The notes beneath the pieces were generated by a model. It was given only the letters and a program-made list of their open reading frames with translations, was not told the DNA's origin and did not search any database. Of a DNA stretch of 56,448 bases, positions 1 through 9,799 are shown in pieces. Numbering within the stretch: position 1 is the first letter of the stretch; every line of letters starts with the position of its first letter. The DNA comes from a virus (taxonomy: Duplodnaviria; Caudoviricetes): IMG/VR virus record IMGVR_UViG_3300038321_000147, positions 1-56,448 of that record. One strand, written 5' to 3'. The position numbers and the translations under genes are program-made.

Positions 1-21
1 ATATAGGAGGGAGGGTTATAT

Positions 22-288
22 TTAGACCCCCTCCCCCGGTCCTTCGTCTTCCTCATTCTCATAAACCTTCTTATACAATCCATTAATGTTCAATTGAACA
101 ATCTCATCAATTGCATATTCAGTTAGTCGATCGTTTTCTTCATCTGTTAAATCATCTGCGACTTTAGCTATTCTAGCGAGGTAGCCACAGGTGTAGTATT
201 TCTTATCCTCATCATAACGTAGCCAGTCATTCCATTGAGTGAATGGATTGAATGGATTATCTATCGTTGTTAACATAACAGCACTCAT
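22..288 (-). CDS. conserved phage hypothetical protein
   Basis: 88 aa ORF; start overlaps the RNAP stop (TAATG coupling); no recognisable function. Confidence 0.75.
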   Translation of the reverse strand: MSAVMLTTIDNPFNPFTQWNDWLRYDEDKKYYTCGYLARIAKVADDLTDEENDRLTEYAIDEIVQLNINGLYKKVYENEEDEGPGEGV

Positions 289-3146
289 TATGAACCTCCT
301 TTTAAAGCTTTGGATAGGGTTGATACGGAAACACCTAACATGTCTGAGATTTGTGCCAGGGTTCGCCCTTGTTCTTGATAGATTCTAGCACGTGCGAGTT
401 TACTATCTGACAAAACAATCTTCTCTCTTGGTGTTGCTAAGTCTTGTATAACATCTAAGTTCGTATTATTCAAGATACTTGACAACAATGAATTACTAAT
501 TGCTCCAGCTTCGATAGCTTCCCATTCCTTCTCTGTAATTTCAATTCTTTGTTTGCTAGCACCAATTCGTTCCCTCATATCGTTTAGCACTTGACCCTTC
601 AATTTCTTTACTTGTGATGCGTCCATGTCAGGATTAGCTGCTTTACTAGCTTCAACAATTTTATTACCAACTAAATGGACTTGGCGTTCTAATGGTGCAT
701 TAGACAAGGCGATGCGAAGTTTCGCATTAAGGGAGTCAACTTCCTCGGCGTATGCTATTTTGGCTGACTTCGAATAAGGTGTCATCTTTATATTGGCGCT
801 CTCTTTACGGGCTAGGTCACCCAGTTTCTTCATGGCGTTGGCGTAGTCGGCGTAGACTATTTCTATGTCGGCTGGATCTTTACTCATTAATGTACGGGCG
901 TCAGGGGTTTCATACATCTTAGTGGATTTAATTTTGGTGGTTACGAATTGACCATTCTTTTTATAATAACCATCTCCTGTTAGTGCGAATACTTTCTCTC
1001 CAGTTTCAACATCGACTGAGTATTCACCTTTACGAACAAGCTTTCTCCCAGTTGCAAGGGCTTGTTCTTTGATTAGGGCCTTCCTTTTAGGGACACGCTC
1101 TTCAGAAGAAGCTTTACTTATTAAGGTGGATGCACCACGAGGGTTGGTTATTGTTCCGCCCTGGTATTTAGCTTTTAATTCCGCTATTCTATTATCATCA
1201 TATGATTGCTTGTAGTTCAGGTTATGTTTCTCGGCATCAATAACAACCATGGAATGTTTAACAGCTCTTGCTATCTCATTAGGTGGTGCACCTTTAATGG
1301 TCATGTCCGTAATAAGGTTCGATACTTTGCCCATCTCTCTTTGTTTAACCTTGTTAGACATTGGTATCATGCCATCATATGCGGGATACGCTGTCTTTGG
1401 ATTAAACCCTTCCAAAGTCTTCGGTAAATTCGAGGTTTTAATAATGCGTGGGTCGTAGGGTATAGCTATTACGCTATCTCCATCAAAATCAGCACCGGAT
1501 AATCGCTCGGCGGTAGCTGGTGTGATACCAATAGCATCGACACCGTCTCCTATTACAGAGATAGCTTCTTTATTTTTAGTATTATTAACCACGATTGGTA
1601 TCTCAAATGTGCCGGCATGTGGATAACGTATAAGAGCAAGCTGTTCGCCATCTCTATAACTTGTTGAGTAACATTCGTTATCTTTTAAAGACACGATGGG
1701 AAGGATGACATTCGACGTTTGTCTCGGAAGAGCTGCGGCTTTAAGGTGTACGGCTTTAGAGTCGCAGTCGTCAGCAAATGAATCAAGTAAACGTTGTTTA
1801 ACAGCAGGTTGCGTTATCTTCATATACTGATCGAATGTTTCTTTTTGGTCGATATAGGCAAGATTTAACTGTTGTTTAGCTAATTCTGGCGATTGTTTTG
1901 ACAGAAATTGACTGGATAGAGTCTTACTCCATGTTTGCCAACTACCCTCAACGCCAGAGTCTTGTTTACCAGCAAATCCAACAATATTGAGGGCTGATTG
2001 TTGCTCTTTTCCATTTTTATCAGTATATGTTAGCTGTCTTATCGATGCACCAAATTCGTTAATTTTTTGTTTACCATCTGCATCGATGTAAATAGAACCG
2101 CCGTCCTCTTTTTCAATGGTCTCGTTCATCTTCTTCATTGCTCCCAGCTTACCTACTGACGATTTCTTTGTTGAGTTGTAAATTATATCCACACCAGGTG
2201 GTATATCATCTGAATATATGGCCATACCCTTCATATAATGGGAGTCGTCCACAGCGATCCTGACTTGTCCATAGCGGGTGTCTGGTGGAAGTGCTATGTC
2301 TGGAACTCCACGACGAAGTTGTATAACGCCATCCATATCCGATCCCGATGGTTTATCATCGTCAAATCTTACCATGATTCTTTTCGAATCGACCGATACA
2401 GGTGGTTTAATTGATTTATATGTCAATCCACCGTCTGAAGACCAATCCGAAATTAATCGAATGTCCGCAGAGTGCTTAGAAGTGTAAACATACGCTATTG
2501 TTGAATCTTGTTCTTCTTTTGTTTTTGATTTCCATTTTTCAGGATCTTTTATTTCGTATTCTGTTCTTGCTTTTTTCATTGTCTCGGGTGACATTAGAAC
2601 TCTAACAGTTGTCTTGTTAGTTGTTCCTAATTGTGGTGTTTGTATTTCGGTTACGACATATCCTTTTTGTTGGAGTTCGTATATAGACACGTCCATTTTT
2701 GTTCTTGTAACACCTAGATGGAGATTTGATGCTCTACCAACATCTATCATACCTTTTTTGTCAGCTTGTTCTTTTAACATTTGTTTAGTAGCTGCTGTAA
2801 TTCTATGACGCTCCTGTGTTTGCGGTAGTAGGATATTTTTTACGGTGTTAGGACTAATCCCCATTCTTTTTGATATGGCAACGTCGGAGTATCCCTTTGC
2901 ACGTAAACGAGAAGCCATAGCTACCTGTGATCCATATTTCGCCTCAGCCTCCATATGTTTCTGTGCACGCAGTTCGACTGTATTTTTTAAGCCCAGTGCA
3001 GTGGCAATTTCGGCTTCAGTTAAACCATCTTTCTTTAATTCCGATACTCTTGTAGCGAATGATTTTGATCTTTGTGGGTTTTCTCCCGAACCCCATGGGT
3101 ATCTACCACTATGACGCGGGGTCCCATAATGCCGAATATAAGTCAT
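288..3146 (-). CDS. single-subunit two-barrel (YonO/QDE-1-like) RNA polymerase with N- and C-terminal HTH domains
   Basis: Catalytic loop RLSGADFDGD (nt 1476-1490) preceded by RYPH; second-barrel-like motifs DMDG and QVRI..MKG; HTH-like segments EIATALG, AISKRMGISPNTV, LAQISDMLGVSVSTL; start moved to ATG 3146 (AGGAG RBS). Confidence 0.8.
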   Translation of the reverse strand: MTYIRHYGTPRHSGRYPWGSGENPQRSKSFATRVSELKKDGLTEAEIATALGLKNTVELRAQKHMEAEAKYGSQVAMASRLRAKGYSDVAISKRMGISPNTVKNILLPQTQERHRITAATKQMLKEQADKKGMIDVGRASNLHLGVTRTKMDVSIYELQQKGYVVTEIQTPQLGTTNKTTVRVLMSPETMKKARTEYEIKDPEKWKSKTKEEQDSTIAYVYTSKHSADIRLISDWSSDGGLTYKSIKPPVSVDSKRIMVRFDDDKPSGSDMDGVIQLRRGVPDIALPPDTRYGQVRIAVDDSHYMKGMAIYSDDIPPGVDIIYNSTKKSSVGKLGAMKKMNETIEKEDGGSIYIDADGKQKINEFGASIRQLTYTDKNGKEQQSALNIVGFAGKQDSGVEGSWQTWSKTLSSQFLSKQSPELAKQQLNLAYIDQKETFDQYMKITQPAVKQRLLDSFADDCDSKAVHLKAAALPRQTSNVILPIVSLKDNECYSTSYRDGEQLALIRYPHAGTFEIPIVVNNTKNKEAISVIGDGVDAIGITPATAERLSGADFDGDSVIAIPYDPRIIKTSNLPKTLEGFNPKTAYPAYDGMIPMSNKVKQREMGKVSNLITDMTIKGAPPNEIARAVKHSMVVIDAEKHNLNYKQSYDDNRIAELKAKYQGGTITNPRGASTLISKASSEERVPKRKALIKEQALATGRKLVRKGEYSVDVETGEKVFALTGDGYYKKNGQFVTTKIKSTKMYETPDARTLMSKDPADIEIVYADYANAMKKLGDLARKESANIKMTPYSKSAKIAYAEEVDSLNAKLRIALSNAPLERQVHLVGNKIVEASKAANPDMDASQVKKLKGQVLNDMRERIGASKQRIEITEKEWEAIEAGAISNSLLSSILNNTNLDVIQDLATPREKIVLSDSKLARARIYQEQGRTLAQISDMLGVSVSTLSKALKGGS

Positions 3147-3157
3147 ATGTGCTCTCC

Positions 3158-3706
3158 TCACTCTTTCATTTCGTTGATCCTTTTGTCAAATAGAATAATT
3201 TTATCCATTATATATGCGATGTCATCTAAGTCTGGATGTTCGATAAGAACATCGTTTGACTGGTATATTCTCAGTTCAATATCGATATCCCTTGGATTAT
3301 AACCATACTCTAGACAAAATAGAGCTGCATAAATTCTAAGTTGTTGCATTGACGCGGGGGTTCTACCATTTTTTAAATCATGGATACGTAGCATATTGTT
3401 ATGGAATGAAACCGCATCGGCTGTCCCAAAACAATTAAAAGAATAGAATAAACAAACTTCAGGATCCATCCTGAATCCGATTCCATCATTGACATACATA
3501 TCAAATGTCTTTTTAGTCTTTGGTAATTTAACCCTTAATTTTATTAATTTTGCGGCAAGCTCATGGAGCTCTGTGCCAAGTTGGGAATTTCGCCAATTAA
3601 TATATACAGCTTCCATTTTCTCATCATCGTATCCTACCCATGCGTGTTTGCTTGGTGCCAAGAATGCATGTACTCCTTCTAGTTGGTGATGGTGGTTAAA
3701 TTTCAC
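3158..3706 (-). CDS. PD-(D/E)xK-fold (Cas4/RecB-like) nuclease
   Basis: GTELH...FGTADAV...IHDLKNG...QLRIY motif pattern. Confidence 0.7.
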   Translation of the reverse strand: MKFNHHHQLEGVHAFLAPSKHAWVGYDDEKMEAVYINWRNSQLGTELHELAAKLIKLRVKLPKTKKTFDMYVNDGIGFRMDPEVCLFYSFNCFGTADAVSFHNNMLRIHDLKNGRTPASMQQLRIYAALFCLEYGYNPRDIDIELRIYQSNDVLIEHPDLDDIAYIMDKIILFDKRINEMKE

Positions 3707-3999
3707 TCATTATACCTCCTCTCTAGTTCATCTAAGACTTTATTTTTATTTTCAGGACATATAAAAGTAGCGTTGTCCCTTAGCGGTGATTGATTAACAT
3801 AATAGTCCTGATTTGGTTGTCGTGCTGATTTAGACGTTCTCTTCCCCTCTAGAAGAAAATATCGACCGTTTGGAAAGTAAACAGTTGCATCTGGGAATCC
3901 TTGAAGATATCCCGCGTCATTTGGTACTACCTCGGCTCCAGGAAATCGATCACGTATTTCATTATATAGCGCATTTTTAAAATCCGACTCCTTTCTCAC
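3703..3999 (-). CDS. VRR-NUC domain nuclease (Holliday junction resolvase-like)
   Basis: ESDF, GFPD, LEGKR and PNQ motifs in 98 aa. Confidence 0.75.
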   Translation of the reverse strand: MRKESDFKNALYNEIRDRFPGAEVVPNDAGYLQGFPDATVYFPNGRYFLLEGKRTSKSARQPNQDYYVNQSPLRDNATFICPENKNKVLDELERRYNE

Positions 4000-4028
4000 T
4001 TCACCCTCCTGTTCTTAAAAAAAAAAAA

Positions 4029-4086
4029 TAAAATAAGGATGTACAAATCTATAAACCCAATGGTCTATAGAGACATCCTTATCCTT
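4029..4086 (-). ncRNA. promoter-driven long hairpin RNA or attenuator followed by a T12 tract
   Basis: Stems ATAAGGATGT/ACATCCTTAT and CTATAGACC/GGTTTATAG directly after promoter copy 1; only a 3-codon ORF. Confidence 0.5.
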
Positions 4087-4113
4087 CTATTATACGGCAT
4101 GTTTTTGTTGCGA
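4085..4113 (-). promoter_or_regulatory. repeated phage promoter, copy 1
   Basis: TCGCAACAAAAACATGCCGTATAATAGAA. Confidence 0.75.
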
Positions 4114-4116
4114 TTC

Positions 4117-5307
4117 TTAATTTATCACCCATTTACTTTCATTAAAATTTTCTTTTCTGGTTAATGTCTTTTGGATGGCAATGTCGATTGAACTTAGCGA
4201 AACTAAATGATAATAATATAAAAATTTATATGGTGTATTCATACGATCTATACGACCAGTGGACTGATGTAGGGCCTTGTATGAATATGTTTGTGAATAG
4301 AACACAATACAATCCGTGGTTATACAATTCCAGGCTTCCTGGGCTGCTGTGTACTGGCATAAATATACCCATGATTTAGCATCGGGTAATGTGTCGTGAT
4401 TATGACCATTCCATTCCGCAAATAATAATTTCTTAGACTTACACCATTCACGCAATATATCTAATTCATAATTAAAATTATAAAATATAATTAATCTTGG
4501 ATGTTTATTGTAGATCGTATTCAACGCGTCGATCCTTGATGGATCTGTGTTTACGAGTTTCCTTAGCAAGTAGCAAAGTTGCGATATATCACGGATTGGT
4601 TTATTGTCATAAATGTTCCAACGCCTATCAAACAAAATCTTGTAATTAAATTCATCAAAATCACATATGACATTCTTATGATTCTGGGTGGTTGCTCGAA
4701 CATCAGGCATCTCGACTAAAATGGAATCTCGGAGTTTCAATAATTTTGACACATTGATGTATCGATCGACTTTTGGGTATTTGGTAAACCGGCTCCAAAT
4801 AATATGCTGTCGTTCGAAATCTGTTTTATTTTTGAAGAACCCGTTAGCTACAAATAATGATGCGTACTCGATAAGACTATCGCCAGGTGTTGCTGATAGT
4901 AATATCCATTTGTTCCTTTTGGCAATTTTTAAAAACGAATATGTCCATGCACCATAACCCGTAATTTTTGTCTCGTCAAATATAAATATGGCATTCTCAA
5001 TTTTCTCATATTTTTTAATATTGTTCCACGAGTCGACGATTGTGATTTTGACTGGTACTAATGCGGCTTCGGATAACCAATCATTTTCATCCCTCTTTCG
5101 AGGAGTCGTAATAACATAGATCGGTATATCCTTATTTGGTTTTCTATAGGTGTGACCAGGATATAGAGGTGATTCTCCACCAAGGATCTTTTCGAATATG
5201 AAAACAAGGGAAGTGAGAGTCTTCCCTGATCCAGTACCACCTCTTAGAACGCTCCCGTTATGTAGGCGCTCAATCGCACTAACTTGGTAGTCCGTTAATT
5301 GAATCAA
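4117..5307 (-). CDS. SF2 (SNF2/DEAD-like) DNA helicase
   Basis: YQ, GSGKT, FDE, SATP and QSTGRIDR motifs. Confidence 0.85.
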   Translation of the reverse strand: MIQLTDYQVSAIERLHNGSVLRGGTGSGKTLTSLVFIFEKILGGESPLYPGHTYRKPNKDIPIYVITTPRKRDENDWLSEAALVPVKITIVDSWNNIKKYEKIENAIFIFDETKITGYGAWTYSFLKIAKRNKWILLSATPGDSLIEYASLFVANGFFKNKTDFERQHIIWSRFTKYPKVDRYINVSKLLKLRDSILVEMPDVRATTQNHKNVICDFDEFNYKILFDRRWNIYDNKPIRDISQLCYLLRKLVNTDPSRIDALNTIYNKHPRLIIFYNFNYELDILREWCKSKKLLFAEWNGHNHDTLPDAKSWVYLCQYTAAQEAWNCITTDCIVFYSQTYSYKALHQSTGRIDRMNTPYKFLYYYHLVSLSSIDIAIQKTLTRKENFNESKWVIN

Positions 5308-5328
5308 ACTCTCACCTCCATTTATACT

Positions 5329-5862
5329 TTATTGTAGTCCTCCGCCGCAATGACTATCACACACATCACATTCACCACAGCCGCCAATTGACTCTTGTGC
5401 TGAGTCAATGTATTCAGAATATTTTCTTGCCAATTCATCAACGTATAAAACAAAATATCCCGATTTCAAATACGCTTTAATTCCACTATTACCTTGAACG
5501 TTCCATTCACTACCCTTTATAATTAAATCTATTTGTTCGAACTCCGCAAAATCTAAAAGATTTACGTTATTCTCATTCAAACGGGTCATCTTACCATCAG
5601 ATATCATTACTATATTTGGAGGATAGTTCCCGAAGTTAACTTTAACTGACACAATTGCCTGTGGTGGTTCATCTGGATATGAATCCAACCATTTAATATT
5701 CCAACCGTCTTGTTCCATTTCCTTAGCGATGTCGTCTGGTAAAAATATACAAAAGTTTCGGTTCCCTGCAGGATTATATTTTCCCTCAGCTCCCTCAAAA
5801 TTTCTAAATCCAATTCTTGCATTTTTAATTGTTACTTCCATAGGTTTTTTTTTCTTTGACAT
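5329..5862 (-). CDS. single-stranded DNA-binding protein
   Basis: FRNFEG..YNPAGNRNF and IKAYL pattern typical of phage SSBs; lies between polymerase and helicase; acidic, Cys-rich tail. Confidence 0.6.
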   Translation of the reverse strand: MSKKKKPMEVTIKNARIGFRNFEGAEGKYNPAGNRNFCIFLPDDIAKEMEQDGWNIKWLDSYPDEPPQAIVSVKVNFGNYPPNIVMISDGKMTRLNENNVNLLDFAEFEQIDLIIKGSEWNVQGNSGIKAYLKSGYFVLYVDELARKYSEYIDSAQESIGGCGECDVCDSHCGGGLQ

Positions 5863-5879
5863 AGTTATTCTCCTCTTCT

Positions 5880-8800
5880 TTATTTTATCATAGCATTAGC
5901 TATAGCTTGTATTGGTGGAACATCGTCGAACCCGATCAAGTCTTCATCGAAATGGGTTCTAACTGTACCGTAGTCCTCAATGAAATCCTCAATTGGTCCA
6001 AATTTCTGAATTGTTTTAATGGCTTCTACTATTAGAGTATTATAATATAATAAATCTATTTCATCCTCTTGTTTGAGATCCCTAACGATCTTACTCTCCT
6101 TCCAACGATATCCTTTACTACCCACTACGGATGTATATTTATCATCCCTTCTTCTAAGTAATAGTCCACCATTCCTACCTGACATGATGGGTACGAAAGA
6201 ACCGACTTTACCCACATAGCGATAATTATGCTCGCCATCGGGTAGCGATTCATTGAAGTCAAGATATATGGTTGCTGGATTCGTTACGTTTTTAATCTGT
6301 ACATAATCCTCAAACACAATTGGCTCTTTCGAGAATAACGTTTTGAATAAATACGGTTCTGCAAATTGTGCTCCGACCGCATCCCATTTACCAATTAATC
6401 TTTTCTTTTCGGCCCATTCATATTTGGCGATAAATACAGCATTGTTTACCAAACAGAATTTCTCGTATGTAGATTCGTGTTCAAATATATAATCATATTT
6501 TCGGGCGAACTCCTTACAAAATTCAATCAATTCTGGAGTCGCTCCAGGAATCTTTATTGAGTCCGTTTTAATATGAGCGACTGTAAATCCACGAGCTTCG
6601 ACCTCATCTTGTAAGGTCTTCATAAATAAAGCTCCACGTAGAGCAACAATGTTGTTAACATTGCGTTTGTCTCTCATAGGATTTTCAAATGAGGCGCTAG
6701 TTAATCCATACGCACTATTTAAAGCTATCTTAAGAGCATTCGCCAATCCTTCTGCTTTTGACTCATCTTCTAAATATTTAGCTAACATTCCATCGAACAT
6801 ATTTCTAGCGACGTCAAAATTCCCAAGTTTAATAGCTACACGGGCATCCTTTAAATCTGCGTATCTCTGCGTGTATTTACCAAAATAATTCATTGCAATC
6901 ATGCTGGATGGATGCATACTTTGAATATCCAATACTGGCACATTGAAATACATTCCTGGTTCGGCATAAACATATCCGCCCATACTTACGTCTACACCAC
7001 GATACATATTATGCATTTTACCATCTTCACCACGAACAAATTCATACCCAGGAAACAACTCTTCGAGATTTGTATATTCCAATTGTGGGTTTCTATCGTC
7101 TCCAAATATCATTCGCGTTGTAAGTTGATTGGTCGTCATATTGACAGTTCCACCGGCTAAGTCGGCCAATATCTCTCGTGCCAACCAGTCGGCCTGTCTG
7201 TTTTCAAATACGGCCTCTGTGGCGTCAACATCATTTCCACAATATTCAATAGCGTTTGGCCAATATTTTTCTGGCAATGGTTTATCAAAACTAAATGGTA
7301 ATTCTTGATGTTTTATGCCTAATTCAATTTCCCACTTTTTAAGAGATTTCTTTTCGGAACAAAAGTCATAGACGTCCGTATAAGCAATTGAATAAGCTTC
7401 CCGAAAACCAAATCTAACAGAACCCTCTTTTGATATAATCTTTTTACTTAAATTATATAATTCCTCATTACTATAACCAAGATATCTAGCATATAGCATA
7501 TGATCATCATATCTCTTATTGTTAAAACCAACAAGTTTAAATCCGAATACTTCCCCAACTTCTTGCGGTGTTGGATTAACCATAGCTATTTTTTTCTTAT
7601 CATTACCTCTTACTTTATAAACTATTAGAAATAAGTTTGGAAATATTTCAACATCATAAAATACTAAGTCGCCATCTGTTTTATCATTAGATATAACACT
7701 AACTGGTTCAGACCCCCATTTCATCTTATTAACTAAATCAAGACATGTTGCAGCCTGATTAGTCGAAGAAGCTGCAAAAGTAATAATTGCCGGTTTCATA
7801 TCGCTAACGTCATATTTCATCCCACTATTATATGCATCATTCAGGAGTTTATATATAAAATCAACTTCAGATTTAGTAGCGCCGTGAAACTCCTTGTTCA
7901 TACATTTTTTAATCATCACTCTTAAATGTCTCTCATCTTGAACACTCTTCTTATCTAACAATGAATCACCTTTCTTTCTTTCTTTCATTTTTAAACCGGA
8001 AGTTATTGTTGTGATTTCTTCAGTATTACATAGTGTTAATTTACGTCTTAGACTTGATAATCCATTAAACACCTTGACTTCAATATCGGGAGAATGTATT
8101 CTCTCTAATTGTTCAACGTCTCCACCATTCCAAATATAATGTAAATGTAATCCTTGTCCGGACTTACTAGTCTCAATATATGTTTTAGGCCATTTATTAG
8201 CTGCCTCTAAATTTAGATCTAGTGATTTATTACCATCGGAATCTTTGATGTCAAAGTCAATTACAATATGATTATCTTCAAATCCTCTAGTATAATGCAG
8301 TTTCGAAGTGTCAATATCTTTTAATTTCGTCTTACATTTTTCCCAAGAATATTTTGGTATCCCTGCATTGTTTGGGTATTGGGCTTGAATATCACCATAT
8401 ATCCTGTCAAATATAGATTCATTATCGCCAAGTTTAATCCAACCCTCTGTGTCGTCATCATCTTTTACTTCCGATACATTTGAAAACATATGTCTCTTAA
8501 AACCGCTATAAACAGATCTTGCCTGCCTACCATCCTCCACTCTCGTCACATCATGGAATTCATCAAAATATGTTTTCATATCTGCACGAAACACCCTCTT
8601 CTTTAATGGATATTGTTCTCCACTCTCTTCACAATACACTTTATACATATCATATAATTGTTTTAACTGAAAAAATCCACCATTCTCAAATATAAGACAA
8701 TTATCAAATACGAAATTATATAAAGTATTCGTTTCAAACATCATTTCCTTAGGTTGATATTTCTGATAATAGTCAGGTCCCATTTTTCTATATTTTTCAA

Positions 8801-9797
8801 TACAATAATGAGCTATCGCACCCAATTCAAAATTTATATTCTTCACAAGTTGTAGATAAGTAGTTTTACTAACCAATCGACCTGATGGGTGAACATCTAT
8901 AAGTCTTCTTAACAGACCGGACTTACTGTCCGATATCGCAACTGGTTTATTTGTACCTAAAAACAGAAAACAATTAATTGTAGCGGAGTATTTTGACTTA
9001 TGTTTCTCGTTGATAACAGTTTCCTCATGGGATATGATTGAATTTAAAGTGCTATTATCCTCTATCTTAGATAAATCGCCATCGTGTTGTATTGCTACCA
9101 ATGGGTTGTTTTTAAATACCTCCAAACCAAATGCATCACGACCAACCAAATCCTTTGCATTAAATGAAATATAATACCCTTCTACAAGCTTCTGAACGAT
9201 ATTTAAGAATGTAGATTTACCACTTCCAGCAGAGCCATATAGGGTTATAAATTTTTGAATATAACGACTATCCCCTGTTAGTATAGATCCAACAGCCCAT
9301 TCCAATTTATCACGTTCCGCAGGATCGTATAATGTGCTCATCAGAATATCATAGTTTTCAATGTTCCCAGGTGCTAAAGCATAAGGTAAACATCTGGTTG
9401 CATAACTTTCCCTATTTAAATCATCATTCATCCAATGAATCCTATCATCCAATGGTCTCCAGTTATTCGGCATATTTTTGATATAAGATACATATTTCTG
9501 CCAAATTCCAGAATCATAATTTTTCATTAAGTCATATCGAATTGTTAATCCAGCATCTTCTAATTCTTTTACTTTTTTTAATATTTGTTGATCGACAAGA
9601 TTAACAACTGCCATTTCATCTTTGACCCATTTTCCTTTACTATCATCGTAGATAGCGTAAAAGTCTTTCCCACGTGTCATAAGGTCTTTTGTGTTAAAAA
9701 CCTGGAAGTCCAAACATAAGTCTAAATCCCCAGCATTTCTGTTCTTGCTCGAGTTTTTAACCTCTTTGGTATACAATCGTACGAAATCCAAATACAT
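5880..9797 (-). CDS. SF3 (D5-like) helicase - primase - family B DNA polymerase fusion
   Basis: Walker A GSAGSGKST; primase-like VIDFD and SKSGQGLHLHY; Exo YDVE, GFNNKRYD, YCGND; PolB DIQSMHPS, KIALNSAYG, KTDS; ATG at 9797 preferred. Confidence 0.85.
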   Translation of the reverse strand: MYLDFVRLYTKEVKNSSKNRNAGDLDLCLDFQVFNTKDLMTRGKDFYAIYDDSKGKWVKDEMAVVNLVDQQILKKVKELEDAGLTIRYDLMKNYDSGIWQKYVSYIKNMPNNWRPLDDRIHWMNDDLNRESYATRCLPYALAPGNIENYDILMSTLYDPAERDKLEWAVGSILTGDSRYIQKFITLYGSAGSGKSTFLNIVQKLVEGYYISFNAKDLVGRDAFGLEVFKNNPLVAIQHDGDLSKIEDNSTLNSIISHEETVINEKHKSKYSATINCFLFLGTNKPVAISDSKSGLLRRLIDVHPSGRLVSKTTYLQLVKNINFELGAIAHYCIEKYRKMGPDYYQKYQPKEMMFETNTLYNFVFDNCLIFENGGFFQLKQLYDMYKVYCEESGEQYPLKKRVFRADMKTYFDEFHDVTRVEDGRQARSVYSGFKRHMFSNVSEVKDDDDTEGWIKLGDNESIFDRIYGDIQAQYPNNAGIPKYSWEKCKTKLKDIDTSKLHYTRGFEDNHIVIDFDIKDSDGNKSLDLNLEAANKWPKTYIETSKSGQGLHLHYIWNGGDVEQLERIHSPDIEVKVFNGLSSLRRKLTLCNTEEITTITSGLKMKERKKGDSLLDKKSVQDERHLRVMIKKCMNKEFHGATKSEVDFIYKLLNDAYNSGMKYDVSDMKPAIITFAASSTNQAATCLDLVNKMKWGSEPVSVISNDKTDGDLVFYDVEIFPNLFLIVYKVRGNDKKKIAMVNPTPQEVGEVFGFKLVGFNNKRYDDHMLYARYLGYSNEELYNLSKKIISKEGSVRFGFREAYSIAYTDVYDFCSEKKSLKKWEIELGIKHQELPFSFDKPLPEKYWPNAIEYCGNDVDATEAVFENRQADWLAREILADLAGGTVNMTTNQLTTRMIFGDDRNPQLEYTNLEELFPGYEFVRGEDGKMHNMYRGVDVSMGGYVYAEPGMYFNVPVLDIQSMHPSSMIAMNYFGKYTQRYADLKDARVAIKLGNFDVARNMFDGMLAKYLEDESKAEGLANALKIALNSAYGLTSASFENPMRDKRNVNNIVALRGALFMKTLQDEVEARGFTVAHIKTDSIKIPGATPELIEFCKEFARKYDYIFEHESTYEKFCLVNNAVFIAKYEWAEKKRLIGKWDAVGAQFAEPYLFKTLFSKEPIVFEDYVQIKNVTNPATIYLDFNESLPDGEHNYRYVGKVGSFVPIMSGRNGGLLLRRRDDKYTSVVGSKGYRWKESKIVRDLKQEDEIDLLYYNTLIVEAIKTIQKFGPIEDFIEDYGTVRTHFDEDLIGFDDVPPIQAIANAMIK

Positions 9798-9799
9798 CC

